DNA of 64,000 bases from assembly GCF_000027125.1 (NCBI RefSeq), contig NC_017626.1; one strand, written 5' to 3'. Source of the DNA: Escherichia coli 042. Lineage in GTDB: Bacteria > Pseudomonadota > Gammaproteobacteria > Enterobacterales > Enterobacteriaceae. A model generated the notes under the pieces. That model did not search any database, was not told the origin of the DNA, and was given only the letters and a program-made list of their open reading frames with translations. Position 1 is the first letter of the stretch; every line of letters starts with the position of its first letter. Shown here in pieces: positions 53,958-64,000 of the stretch. The position numbers and the translations under genes were made by a program.

Positions 53958-54230
53958 ATGACACCCTTACATTGCGCAAATGAGGGGCGCACGAAATTGC
54001 TGCGCGCCCAGTAGTTATCTTTCAATTTTAGCAAATGGCTTTCTTCTGCATTTTCGCTTTTGTGTCCCCCACATCAGCGTAATGAATGTTTTGATCAAAC
54101 AGAGGGCAAAAAAATAGCCATAAAAAAGTAAAAATGCGGGGCAACGCGCAGGACAGCTCTCGACGTCGCCCTCTGTGCTGCCTATTATTTATGGCGGTGT
54201 CGTTTGGCTTGAAGATCAGAGGAAGAAAAG

Positions 54231-54497
54231 ATGCGAGCAGCGTTTTGGGTAGGGTGTGCCGCTTTATTGTTGTCGGCGTGTAGTAGTGAACCTGTTCAGC
54301 AGGCGACTGCGGCGCACGTAGCGCCAGGTTTAAAAGCGTCGATGTCCAGTAGTGGAGAAGCAAATTGTGCAATGATCGGCGGTTCGCTTTCTGTTGCCCG
54401 TCAACTGGATGGTACGGCGATTGGGATGTGTGCATTACCCAACGGCAAACGCTGTAGTGAACAGTCACTTGCCGCCGGGAGCTGTGGCAGCTATTAA
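54231..54497 (+). CDS. ydbJ: DUF333 lipoprotein YdbJ (88 aa)
   Basis: Lipobox LLSAC; size. Confidence 0.8.
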   Translation: MRAAFWVGCAALLLSACSSEPVQQATAAHVAPGLKASMSSSGEANCAMIGGSLSVARQLDGTAIGMCALPNGKRCSEQSLAAGSCGSY

Positions 54498-54916
54498 TTC
54501 ATTAAATCCGCCAGCTTATAAGTTAATGTCTGTTTCGCGGTCGCCAGCGTTAACTGGTTCGCGGTCAGATCCACTTGTGCACCTTCTTTCAGCATTTCGC
54601 TAATGGTGTTATCGAGTTCATTAAGCTGCGGGTTAGCGCACATCATACGGGTCATTGCCAGCCCTTTGGCTGTTAGTTCACCATTAGACAGTTTGCCTTC
54701 ACCGCTAAAGCGGTTACACATGCTGCCGGAAATCATCATCTTTTCACCAAAGCTGATTTCTGGCGGATTTTTATCGCTGGTCACGGGCTTACCGTTTACG
54801 CTTTCCAGCACAAAGCGATGACGCTGTAGCTGTTCTGGGGTTACAGCAATTTTGTCATTACTTACACATCCCGCCATCAGCAGGCTTAGCGCAACAAACG
54901 CGGCTACTTTCTTCAT
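54494..54916 (-). CDS. hslJ: Heat-shock lipoprotein HslJ
   Basis: Lipobox LMAGC; synteny. Confidence 0.85.
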   Translation of the reverse strand: MKKVAAFVALSLLMAGCVSNDKIAVTPEQLQRHRFVLESVNGKPVTSDKNPPEISFGEKMMISGSMCNRFSGEGKLSNGELTAKGLAMTRMMCANPQLNELDNTISEMLKEGAQVDLTANQLTLATAKQTLTYKLADLMN

Positions 54917-55026
54917 TGTGGTTCTCAATTACAGTTTCTGACTCAGGACTATTTTAAGAATAGAGGATGAAAGGTCATTGGGGATTATCTGAATCAGCTC
55001 CCCTGGAATGCAGGGGAGCGGCAAGA

Positions 55027-56016
55027 TTAAACCAGTTCGTTCGGGCAGGTTTCGCCTTTTTCCAGATTGCTTAAGTTTTGCAGCGTAGTCTGAGAAATAC
55101 TGGTCAGTGCTTCTGCTGTCAGGAATGCCTGGTGCCCGGTAAACAGCACGTTGTGGCAGGCAGACAGACGACGGAATACGTCATCCTGGATCACGTCGTT
55201 GGATTTGTCTTCAAAGAACAGATCGCGTTCGTTCTCATACACGTCCATACCCAACGAACCAATTTTCTGATTTTTCAGCGCTTCAATTGCCGCCTGAGAA
55301 TCAATCAATGCACCGCGACTGGTATTGACGATCATCACGCCATTTTTCATCTGATCGAAGGCGGCTTCGTTCAACAGATGGTAGTTTTCCGGTGTCAGCG
55401 GGCAGTGCAGAGAGATAACGTCTGATTCAGAGAACAGGGTTGGCAGATCGACATACTCCACACCGAGTTCCAGTGCCGCCGCACTTGGATACGGATCGAA
55501 CGCCAGCAGACGCATACCAAAACCTTTCAGAATGCGCAGCATCGCCACACCGATTTTACCGGTACCGATAACGCCTGCCGTTTTGCCATACATAGTAAAG
55601 CCGGTCAGACCTTCCAGAGAGAAGTTGGCGTCACGAGTACGCTGATACGCGCGATGAATACGGCGGTTCAGCGTCATCATCATACCGATGGCGTGTTCAG
55701 CAACGGCTTCTGGATCATAGGCTGGAACACGGACTACTTTCAGCCCCAGTTCTTTTGCCGCGTCAAGGTCGACGTTATTAAAACCGGCACAGCGCAGGGC
55801 GATATATTTAACGCCGTGCTTTTTCAGCTCTTCCAGCACCGGGCGGCTGCCGTCATCGTTTACGAAAATACATACCGCTTCGCAGCCATTGGCGGTTTTA
55901 GCGGTTTTTTCCGTCAGCAGAAAGTCAAAAAATTCCAGCTCAAAGCCAAAGGACTCGTTCACCTGTTGCAGGTACTTCTTGTCGTACTGTTTTGTGCTAT
56001 AAACGGCGAGTTTCAT
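55027..56016 (-). CDS. ldhA: Fermentative D-lactate dehydrogenase
   Basis: 329 aa; NAD-binding GVIGTGKIG; 2-hydroxyacid dehydrogenase family. Confidence 0.95.
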   Translation of the reverse strand: MKLAVYSTKQYDKKYLQQVNESFGFELEFFDFLLTEKTAKTANGCEAVCIFVNDDGSRPVLEELKKHGVKYIALRCAGFNNVDLDAAKELGLKVVRVPAYDPEAVAEHAIGMMMTLNRRIHRAYQRTRDANFSLEGLTGFTMYGKTAGVIGTGKIGVAMLRILKGFGMRLLAFDPYPSAAALELGVEYVDLPTLFSESDVISLHCPLTPENYHLLNEAAFDQMKNGVMIVNTSRGALIDSQAAIEALKNQKIGSLGMDVYENERDLFFEDKSNDVIQDDVFRRLSACHNVLFTGHQAFLTAEALTSISQTTLQNLSNLEKGETCPNELV

Positions 56017-56223
56017 AAGACTTTCTCCAGTGATGTTGAATCACATTTAAGCTACTAAAAATATTTTACAAAATTTCAAATATAATTGAAAGCTATGGCG
56101 ATATTGAAAAATTCATCAACAACTATGCTTAGTGTAGGCGCAACCTTCAACTGAACGGTTAAACATGCCACAATACCCGTATTGAATGCTTAATTTTTCG
56201 CTAAATCAGGATATTAACTACCC

Positions 56224-58863
56224 ATGCTGGGTAAATATAAAGCCGTTCTCGCGCTGTTATTACTGATTATTCTTGTGCCGTTGACGCTGCTGATGACGCT
56301 CGGCTTGTGGGTTCCCACGCTGGCGGGCATCTGGCTACCGCTCGGGACACGTATTGCATTAGATGAAAGCCCACGCATTACGCGTAAAGGTTTAATCATT
56401 CCCGATCTCCGTTATCTGGTGGGAGATTGTCAGCTTGCGCATATCACCAACGCCAGCCTTTCACATCCCAGCCGCTGGTTATTGAACGTCGGCACGGTAG
56501 AATTTGATTCTGCTTGTCTGGCGAAATTGCCGCAGACGGAGCAATCGCCAGCTGCTCCAAAAACCCTCGCGCAGTGGCAGTCCATGCTGCCTAACACCTG
56601 GATCAATATCGATAAACTGATTTTTTCTCCCTGGCAGGAATGGCAGGGAAAACTCTCTCTCGCATTAACCTCTGATATTCAGCAACTGCGTTATCAGGGC
56701 GAAAAAGTTAAATTTCAAGGCCAGCTGAAAGGGCAACAACTTACAGTCAGCGAACTGGATGTCGTCGCGTTTGAAAATCAGCCGCCGGTTAAACTGGTGG
56801 GGGAATTTACTATGCCGCTCGTGCCGGATGGACTTCCTGTAAGTGGGCATGCTACTGCGACGTTAAACTTGCCGCAGGAACCGTCACTGGTGGATGCAGA
56901 GCTGGACTGGCAGGAAAATAGCGGGCAATTGATTGTGCTGGCACGGGATAACGGCGATCCGTTGCTCGATTTGCCGTGGCAAATTACTCGTCAACAATTG
57001 ACCCTAAGCGATGGTCGCTGGAGCTGGCCGTATGCAGGTTTTCCTTTGAGTGGCCGACTGGGTGTCAAAGTCGACAACTGGCAGGCAGGGCTCGAGAACG
57101 CTCTGGTCAGCGGACGACTTAGTGTGCTGACCCAGGGGCAAGCGGGTAAAGGCAACGCGGTGCTAAATTTTGGCCCAGGAAAATTAAGCATGGATAACAG
57201 CCAGCTGCCTATGCAACTGACCGGTGAAGCGAAACAGGCGGACCTCATTTTATATGCCCGTTTACCTGCGCAGCTAAGTGGAAGTCTGACTGACCCAACG
57301 CTGGCCTTTGAGCCAGGCGCGTTATTACGTTCGAAGGGAAGAGTCATCGATTCGCTGGACATCGATGAAATCCGCTGGCCTTTAGCGGGTGTAAAAGTCA
57401 CCCAACGTGGTGTTGACGGACGTTTGCAGGCCATTTTGCAGGCGCATGAAAATGAACTGGGCGATTTCGTGCTGCATATGGATGGGCTGGCGAATGATTT
57501 TCTCCCTGACGCTGGCCGCTGGCAGTGGCGCTACTGGGGAAAAGGCAGTTTTACACCGATGAATGCCACCTGGGATGTTGCAGGAAAAGGTGAGTGGCAT
57601 GACAGCACGATTACGCTGACCGATCTCTCCACCGGTTTCGACCAGTTACAATACGGTACGATGACGGTAGAAAAGCCGCGATTAATTCTCGACAAGCCCG
57701 TCGTCTGGGTACGTGACGCACAGCATCCCTCCTTTAGCGGCGCGCTGTCACTGGACGCCGGGCAAACGCTGTTCACTGGCGGCAGTGTGTTACCGCCATC
57801 AACCTTAAAATTTAGCGTCGATGGACGCGATCCGACGTATTTCCTATATAAAGGCGATTTACATGCTGGTGAGATTGGCCCGGTTCGGGTAAATGGTCGC
57901 TGGGACGGTATTCGTCTGCGCGGTAACGCCTGGTGGCCTAAACAATCACTGACCGTATTCCAGCCGCTGGTGCCACCCGACTGGAAGATGAACTTACGCG
58001 ATGGCGAACTGTATGCTCAGGTCGCATTTTCTGCTGCGCCTGAACAAGGATTCCGCGCGGGAGGGCACGGTGTGTTGAAAGGCGGTAGTGCCTGGATGCC
58101 AGATAATCAGGTTAACGGTGTCGATTTTGTCCTGCCTTTCCGTTTTGCCGATGGAGCCTGGCATCTGGGGACTCGCGGCCCCGTTACGTTGCGAATTGCC
58201 GAAGTGATTAATCTGGTGACAGCGAAAAATATTACGGCTGATTTGCAAGGGCGCTATCCGTGGACAGAAGAAGAACCATTGTTGTTGACTGATGTTAGCG
58301 TCGATGTGTTAGGCGGTAACGTGCTGATGAAACAATTACGTATGCCGCAACATGACCCGGCGCTGTTGCGGCTGAATAATCTCTCATCCAGCGAACTGGT
58401 TAGCGCCGTCAATCCGAAACAATTCGCCATGTCCGGGGCATTTAGTGGTGCATTGCCGTTATGGCTAAACAACGAAAAATGGATAGTGAAAGATGGTTGG
58501 CTGGCAAATAGCGGGCCAATGACCTTGCGGCTGGATAAAGACACCGCAGATGCGGTGGTAAAAGACAATATGACTGCGGGTTCAGCAATTAACTGGTTGC
58601 GCTATATGGAAATTAGCCGTTCATCGACAAAAATTAATTTAGATAATCTCGGTTTATTAACCATGCAGGCCAACATTACAGGTACCAGTCGCGTTGATGG
58701 TAAAAGCGGTACGGTAAACCTTAATTACCATCACGAAGAGAATATTTTTACGCTGTGGCGCAGTTTACGCTTTGGCGATAATCTCCAGGCATGGTTGGAG
58801 CAGAACGCGCGTCTGCCGGGAAATGACTGTCCGCAAGGAAAAGAGTGTGAGGAAAAACAATGA
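56224..58863 (+). CDS. ydbH: AsmA-family protein YdbH (879 aa)
   Basis: Size, N-terminal TM, synteny with ynbE/ydbL. Confidence 0.85.
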   Translation: MLGKYKAVLALLLLIILVPLTLLMTLGLWVPTLAGIWLPLGTRIALDESPRITRKGLIIPDLRYLVGDCQLAHITNASLSHPSRWLLNVGTVEFDSACLAKLPQTEQSPAAPKTLAQWQSMLPNTWINIDKLIFSPWQEWQGKLSLALTSDIQQLRYQGEKVKFQGQLKGQQLTVSELDVVAFENQPPVKLVGEFTMPLVPDGLPVSGHATATLNLPQEPSLVDAELDWQENSGQLIVLARDNGDPLLDLPWQITRQQLTLSDGRWSWPYAGFPLSGRLGVKVDNWQAGLENALVSGRLSVLTQGQAGKGNAVLNFGPGKLSMDNSQLPMQLTGEAKQADLILYARLPAQLSGSLTDPTLAFEPGALLRSKGRVIDSLDIDEIRWPLAGVKVTQRGVDGRLQAILQAHENELGDFVLHMDGLANDFLPDAGRWQWRYWGKGSFTPMNATWDVAGKGEWHDSTITLTDLSTGFDQLQYGTMTVEKPRLILDKPVVWVRDAQHPSFSGALSLDAGQTLFTGGSVLPPSTLKFSVDGRDPTYFLYKGDLHAGEIGPVRVNGRWDGIRLRGNAWWPKQSLTVFQPLVPPDWKMNLRDGELYAQVAFSAAPEQGFRAGGHGVLKGGSAWMPDNQVNGVDFVLPFRFADGAWHLGTRGPVTLRIAEVINLVTAKNITADLQGRYPWTEEEPLLLTDVSVDVLGGNVLMKQLRMPQHDPALLRLNNLSSSELVSAVNPKQFAMSGAFSGALPLWLNNEKWIVKDGWLANSGPMTLRLDKDTADAVVKDNMTAGSAINWLRYMEISRSSTKINLDNLGLLTMQANITGTSRVDGKSGTVNLNYHHEENIFTLWRSLRFGDNLQAWLEQNARLPGNDCPQGKECEEKQ

Positions 58864-59045
58864 AAATTTTACTGGCTGCGTTGACGTCATCTTTTATGCT
58901 GGTTGGCTGTACGCCTCGCATTGAAGTCGCTGCACCTAAGGAACCGATCACTATCAATATGAACGTTAAAATTGAGCATGAGATCATCATCAAGGCAGAC
59001 AAAGATGTCGAAGAGCTGCTTGAGACTCGTAGCGATCTTTTCTGA
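58860..59045 (+). CDS. ynbE: Lipoprotein YnbE (61 aa)
   Basis: Lipobox LVGC; overlaps ydbH stop. Confidence 0.8.
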   Translation: MKILLAALTSSFMLVGCTPRIEVAAPKEPITINMNVKIEHEIIIKADKDVEELLETRSDLF

Positions 59046-59049
59046 GGCG

Positions 59050-59379
59050 ATGATGAAGAAAACATTACTTCTTTGTGCGTTTCTTGTTGGGCTGGTAAGC
59101 AGCAATGTAATGGCATTGACTCTGGATGAAGCCAGAACTCAGGGGCGGGTAGGGGAAACATTTTATGGTTATCTGGTTGCGCTGAAAACAGATGCTGAAA
59201 CAGAGAAATTAGTAAACGACATTAATGCCGAACGTAAAGCGAGTTACCAACAACTGGCAAAGCAAAATAATGTCTCGGTAGATGATATCGCGAAACTCGC
59301 CGGGCAAAAGCTCGTAGCTCGGGCTAAACCGGGGGAATATGTACAAGGGATAAACGGTAAATGGGTGCGAAAATTTTAA
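59050..59379 (+). CDS. ydbL: Periplasmic protein YdbL
   Basis: Signal peptide; third gene of ydbH-ynbE-ydbL. Confidence 0.8.
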   Translation: MMKKTLLLCAFLVGLVSSNVMALTLDEARTQGRVGETFYGYLVALKTDAETEKLVNDINAERKASYQQLAKQNNVSVDDIAKLAGQKLVARAKPGEYVQGINGKWVRKF

Positions 59380-59513
59380 TAGCAAAACCGCAATATCGGG
59401 ATAACGCTACAGGAGAAGGCGATTATTCTATTTTCCGGAAACAAGGTGAATATTCAAAAATTCCTGTCAAATTGCCTTTCGCCCTGAAAAATGCATAGTC
59501 AAATATCTGTTTT

Positions 59514-59552
59514 AACTAATTCGCGTTGCTGTACATGCAACGCGAATTAGTT
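59514..59552. terminator. 39-bp palindrome (bidirectional terminator-like)
   Basis: aactaattcgcgttgc-tgtacat-gcaacgcgaattagtt. Confidence 0.45.
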
Positions 59553-59784
59553 AGCGGAATTTACGTCGATACTCGCCTGGCGTCATCCCAAAGCGTTGAT
59601 TAAATACCGTTGAAAAATGACTCTGGTCGGAAAATCCCCAATGAAAGCCAATGCCTGCCAGTTTTTCATCATCTGCGGCATGGCGAATCGCATCTGCACA
59701 AAAATCGAGACGACGGTTACGGATATATTGCGCGACTACCAAACCTTTATCGGCAAACTTTATCAGCGCGTAGCGCCTGCTGCT
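59551..59784 (-). pseudogene. feaR: feaR 3' remnant (AraC-family C-terminal HTH only)
   Basis: Frame encodes ...GFHWGFSDQSHFSTVFNQRFGMTPGEYRRKFR; stop at 59785-59787 truncates it to about 77 codons. Confidence 0.6.
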
Positions 59785-59787
59785 TTA

Positions 59788-59910
59788 GCGTTCGTTAGTG
59801 AAAAAGGTGAAACCTCGGTCGGTGAACTGCCTGCGCCGGGAAGCCTGTATTTTCAACGTTTTGGCGGCTTGAATATTGAACAGGACGCGTTATGCCAATT
59901 TATCAGATAG
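59788..59910 (+). pseudogene. paaX: Probable paaX 3' remnant
   Basis: Open frame running into and overlapping the paaY start; identity inferred from synteny only. Confidence 0.35.
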
Positions 59911-60482
59911 ACGGTCTGACTCCGGTTGTGCCAGAAGAGAGTTTTGTTCATCCGACAGCGGTATTGATCGGCGATGTTATTCTCGGCAAGGGTGTTTACG
60001 TTGGGCCAAATGCCAGCCTGCGTGGCGATTTTGGTCGTATCGTGGTGAAAGATGGCGCGAACATTCAGGATAATTGCGTTATGCACGGTTTTCCCGAGCA
60101 GGATACTGTCGTGGAAGAAGATGGACATATTGGTCATAGCGCTATCCTTCACGGCTGCATTATCCGCCGCAATGCATTAGTGGGAATGAACGCGGTAGTG
60201 ATAGACGGTGCGGTGATTGGCGAGAACAGCATTGTTGGCGCATCCGCATTTGTGAAAGCCAAAGCAGAAATGCCAGCTAATTACCTGATTGTCGGCAGCC
60301 CGGCGAAAGCGATTCGTGAACTCAGTGAGCAGGAGTTGGCATGGAAAAAGCAGGGTGCGCATGAGTACCAGGTGCTGGTGACACGCTGTAAGCAGACGTT
60401 ACATCAAGTCGAGCCATTGCGGGAAGTTGAACCTGGCAGGCAGCGCCTGGTATTTGATGAGAATCTGCGACCGAAACAGTAA
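59892..60482 (+). CDS. paaY: Hexapeptide-repeat thioesterase PaaY (196 aa)
   Basis: Left-handed beta-helix hexapeptide repeats; size. Confidence 0.85.
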   Translation: MPIYQIDGLTPVVPEESFVHPTAVLIGDVILGKGVYVGPNASLRGDFGRIVVKDGANIQDNCVMHGFPEQDTVVEEDGHIGHSAILHGCIIRRNALVGMNAVVIDGAVIGENSIVGASAFVKAKAEMPANYLIVGSPAKAIRELSEQELAWKKQGAHEYQVLVTRCKQTLHQVEPLREVEPGRQRLVFDENLRPKQ

Positions 60483-60525
60483 CGTCCTGATGCTGGACGT
60501 TCTAATTTTTAGCATGTGATACACA

Positions 60526-60558
60526 AACCGCAACGCTGATACAGGTTGCGGTTTTTTA
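60526..60558 (+). terminator. paaY intrinsic terminator
   Basis: accgcaac-loop-gttgcggt followed by T6. Confidence 0.6.
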
Positions 60559-60712
60559 TTGCCGGATGCGGTACTTGACGCGTTTTGTTTTGGTGTCTTT
60601 CAGGGCAATAGAGCAACTCATCCAGTAATCTTGTTTACGCCTTCGCATTATTTATCTCTTTTCGTTTCTATACTGATTTTTCTTAATCCGTTTTATTACA
60701 GGGCAGGGTGCG

Positions 60713-61573
60713 ATGAGCAACAACACATTTACTCTCGGTACAAAATCCGTTAACCGTCTTGGTTATGGCGCGATGCAACTGGCAGGCCCTGGGGTTTTTG
60801 GCCCCCCAAGAGATCGCCACGTTGCTATAACCGTGCTGCGTGAGGCGCTGGCATTGGGTGTCAATCACATTGATACCAGCGACTTTTATGGTCCGCACGT
60901 CACCAATCAGATTATCCGCGAAGCGCTTTATCCTTACTCTGACGATCTGACAATTGTCACTAAAATTGGTGCGCGGCGTGGAGAGGACGCATCCTGGTTG
61001 CCCGCATTTTCTCCGGCAGAGCTGCAAAAAGCGGTACACGATAATCTACGTAATCTCGGCCTGGACGTACTGGATGTGGTTAACCTGCGCGTCATGATGG
61101 GGGATGGTCATGGCCCGGCGGAAGGATCGATTGAAGCCAGCCTGACCGTGCTGGCAGAGATGCAACAACAAGGCCTGGTAAAACATATTGGCCTGAGCAA
61201 CGTCACACCGACGCAGGTCGCAGAGGCGCGTAAGATTACCGAAATCGTCTGTGTGCAGAACGAATACAACATTGCTCATCGTGCTGATGACGCAATGATT
61301 GATGATTTGGCCCGCGATGGCATTGCTTACGTGCCGTTCTTCCCGCTTGGGGGCTTTACGCCGCTGCAATCCTCCACACTTTCGGATGTAGCAGCGAGCC
61401 TGGGCGCAACACCAATGCAGGTGGCGCTGGCGTGGCTGTTACAGCGTTCACCGAATATTTTGCTGATCCCAGGGACGTCTTCTGTTGCGCATTTACGGGA
61501 GAATATGGCTGCTGAAAAATTGCATCTTTCTGAGGAAGTGTTGTCTACGTTGGATGGTATTTCGCGAGAATAA
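60713..61573 (+). CDS. ydbC: Aldo-keto reductase YdbC (286 aa)
   Basis: AKR-family sequence; size. Confidence 0.85.
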   Translation: MSNNTFTLGTKSVNRLGYGAMQLAGPGVFGPPRDRHVAITVLREALALGVNHIDTSDFYGPHVTNQIIREALYPYSDDLTIVTKIGARRGEDASWLPAFSPAELQKAVHDNLRNLGLDVLDVVNLRVMMGDGHGPAEGSIEASLTVLAEMQQQGLVKHIGLSNVTPTQVAEARKITEIVCVQNEYNIAHRADDAMIDDLARDGIAYVPFFPLGGFTPLQSSTLSDVAASLGATPMQVALAWLLQRSPNILLIPGTSSVAHLRENMAAEKLHLSEEVLSTLDGISRE

Positions 61574-61630
61574 CGAATATACAAAAGGGAAAGATGCATT
61601 TCCCTTTTGTTTCTTTTTTAATGGCATGGA

Positions 61631-63937
61631 GTGCATATGTTTAAGCCCAGGATTTGCAGCTGGATAGGTTTACTTCCCCTGTTTATGCTGAGTCTTCCAG
61701 TACAGGCGGAACTTCGATGTGTTGCAAATGCAGTTGATATTGAACCATTTTTTTCTGCGGCTACCGCTGAAGATAAACAACAAGTTGAACAAGCTATCAA
61801 CAGTAGCGTGAATCTTGTCCCCTTCGGTTTATCTGCATCGGACTGGAAAGTGCATCGTGGCGATTTAGTGGTTGACGGTAATATAGAGAGTAATCAAAAA
61901 TTGATTGTTCTTGGCAATTTGACAGTCAAAGGTAATATTTCCACTTTCTCTCTTTCTAATCCATGGATTATTCTCGGTAACGTGACGGCAACGAATATAG
62001 TTACGGATTCACCACTGTTAATTACCGGTTCGATAAATGCAAGTGGACTGGTATTTATCGACTCATATTACGATAATCCGTCTACGATTAAGGGGAGTAT
62101 TAATGCGCGTGGGATATTTATCAATGACATAATTGCACCTGTTGTTGTGTCTTCGACAAATAGTGAATTCATGGTCCGTGCGGGAGACAAAAATGACACT
62201 GAAAATGTCAAAAAAGCGCTGACGATAATAAATCCTGATGCATATTATTGGGGCCTAATAAATGATGAAGATGCTCTGAAAGAAATTTTTAAGCGAAGCA
62301 ATATTCGCATAGCAGGGAATGTCTGTAATCAGATGAAAAAAGAAGCGCTGTTTCGCCCTAAGCCTTCACCTGAATTAGTGCAGGAATTGCAAATGCTGGA
62401 TGAAGGCAAAGTTGCTGCATTTGAAGGGCGAGACATTGCGACATTTGATCTTGCCATAATGCGAACTCTCCCAAGGCTTAAAGGAATTTCAGCTAACCTA
62501 CGCAAACAACTTATTAATAGCAATGATGAACAAACGATTGAAAGTATGGCGAGATATATGCCTGACAATGAGATTCTGGAGTTGACCGATCAGCAATTGG
62601 GTTACCAGCCTGTGGTTCTGGGGTTGCTCAACCGTGAACCGCTCTCTGTCGAAATAATGACGCGAATTAGCCATCTACCTGATGGTGCCGGTCCGTTGAA
62701 TCTTGCGCTACGTGAAAATCTCCCTCTGGATATCGTCATGACTCTGGCGAAAAGAGATTGGGTCATTGAGGGGCTTTATAAAGATGCATGGTTATTGCCC
62801 GAATCCATTATAGATGGCTATATCCGCAGTGATGATCCCACAATTCGTCAGGTCGGTGCTGGAGGACAACTCACCTACAATCAGGCAATGCAGTTGGCGA
62901 AAGATTCATCAAAAAATGTTGTCACAAACTTAGCGTTCAAGCTGGCAGAGATGAAACACCATGGTCAATTGTTGCGGATGACACCACAAGAGAGTGACAA
63001 AATAGCAGTATATTTATACCAAAAATTCGAGAATGACGATGATCTAATAGGTACGTTATTTTTAGCGTTGCCAGATAACTTACAGTTTAATTTTGTTAAA
63101 AGGATGGAGAAAAAATCCCCTGCCTACTTTTGCTGTCGGGATATGCAGATAATTCACTCTGACGCTGCTTTACAACGGTTATTGACACGTTTCAACGATC
63201 CTGAGGGGTGGAGTAATTTGGCGAAAAATCAGTATCTGAGCACGTCGATGAAACAAAAAATTTGGCAACGTGCTTTATCGCATCGGAAAAATAATCCGAA
63301 AGCAGATTCTGCAGCATATGAAACCAGCGCTGATATGATTTTGTCTGAGCTGATTAGCCACGGTGAAGTTGATGACCAGATGCTATTAAATGCCACCTCT
63401 CTGATACGTTCGGAAGGCTGGGACTTTTTAGAGAGTGCATTAGTTAGTTGGGATAATTTACCCGCTGTTGTCCTCAAGGAATTACAGCAAAATATGCCAC
63501 GCAATGATATTTGGGCGAAGTTTTTTCTGAGGCAGGAAAACAGCTCTCGTGCGCAGGTTAACGAAGCGTTACGTGTTTATTATGCACTTGACCCCGATGC
63601 ATTAGCACAACTGGATAAACTGGCAAAACAACCGGATCGTATATGGTGGAGTACACTGGCGAAAAGCAATCTCACATTTTTCAAGTTCGGCGCACTTAAC
63701 AACCACCACACACCGCCTGCAGTACTGGCGGCAGAAATTGATCCCGAGTGGTGGATTGTGGCGATGAATAATCCCCGTTTTCCAGTTGATATATTAAAGG
63801 CGAGGCTGAAACGTGATCCTTTGCTGGCGTTAGAGCTTGTTAACCCTGAACTGGATTTAGTTCGGCAGCTGGCGCTTAACGGTAAGACGCGCGCAATACG
63901 GGAACAAGCGATGAGAAAACTTGATGAGTTGTATTGA
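61631..63937 (+). CDS. ydbD: Protein YdbD (768 aa)
   Basis: Signal peptide; size and synteny after ydbC. Confidence 0.8.
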   Translation: MHMFKPRICSWIGLLPLFMLSLPVQAELRCVANAVDIEPFFSAATAEDKQQVEQAINSSVNLVPFGLSASDWKVHRGDLVVDGNIESNQKLIVLGNLTVKGNISTFSLSNPWIILGNVTATNIVTDSPLLITGSINASGLVFIDSYYDNPSTIKGSINARGIFINDIIAPVVVSSTNSEFMVRAGDKNDTENVKKALTIINPDAYYWGLINDEDALKEIFKRSNIRIAGNVCNQMKKEALFRPKPSPELVQELQMLDEGKVAAFEGRDIATFDLAIMRTLPRLKGISANLRKQLINSNDEQTIESMARYMPDNEILELTDQQLGYQPVVLGLLNREPLSVEIMTRISHLPDGAGPLNLALRENLPLDIVMTLAKRDWVIEGLYKDAWLLPESIIDGYIRSDDPTIRQVGAGGQLTYNQAMQLAKDSSKNVVTNLAFKLAEMKHHGQLLRMTPQESDKIAVYLYQKFENDDDLIGTLFLALPDNLQFNFVKRMEKKSPAYFCCRDMQIIHSDAALQRLLTRFNDPEGWSNLAKNQYLSTSMKQKIWQRALSHRKNNPKADSAAYETSADMILSELISHGEVDDQMLLNATSLIRSEGWDFLESALVSWDNLPAVVLKELQQNMPRNDIWAKFFLRQENSSRAQVNEALRVYYALDPDALAQLDKLAKQPDRIWWSTLAKSNLTFFKFGALNNHHTPPAVLAAEIDPEWWIVAMNNPRFPVDILKARLKRDPLLALELVNPELDLVRQLALNGKTRAIREQAMRKLDELY

Positions 63938-64000
63938 ATAACAGCGTAATAATTTTTAACCACTTGATTTATTGGGGATAATCATTCCTGACGGTGAGTC

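Noticed and set aside
54028-54468. 146-aa minus-strand ORF overlapping ydbJ
   Set aside because: ydbJ on the plus strand has a lipobox and the expected size and synteny; the antisense frame is spurious.
54999-55021. Hairpin gctcccctg-gaatg-caggggagc as ldhA terminator
   Set aside because: No U-tract on the ldhA (minus) side; may be a REP-like or structural element, not confidently a terminator.

Overview
This window is an Escherichia coli-type chromosomal segment, called by reading the supplied ORF translations and the DNA by eye; no database search was run. Positions 1 to about 44,000 carry most of a Rac-like lambdoid prophage that looks intact rather than decayed. Left to right it contains a recombination module (partial annealing-protein gene, recE, racC, ydaE, kilR), sieB, ydaF, ydaG, the racR repressor, ydaS/ydaT, replication genes ydaU/ydaV, a moron block (QueH-like Fe-S protein, hok/mok toxin), nin-region genes, a Q-like antiterminator, two phage tRNAs (Thr-UGU, Gly-UCC), a phage-21-type lysis cassette (pinholin, SAR endolysin, Rz with embedded Rz1), trkG, a ParB-like nuclease with a partner of unknown function, terminase small and large subunits, portal, head genes, a lambda-like tail module (G/GT frameshift chaperone, tape measure, M, L, K, I, J), lom and side tail fibres. 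Integrase and attL lie outside the window. To the right are sitABCD (Mn/Fe ABC importer with MntR and Fur boxes), then core genes uspF, ompN, micC, ydbK, ydbJ, hslJ, ldhA, ydbH, ynbE, ydbL, a feaR/paaX deletion scar (paa catabolon absent), paaY, ydbC and ydbD. No CRISPR array or IS element was recognised. I cannot point to one certain undescribed system; the best candidates are the ParB-like/unknown-protein pair before the terminase, the QueH-like moron beside hok, the ORF-free gap between the tRNAs and the holin, and the small membrane-protein moron after the tail fibres.
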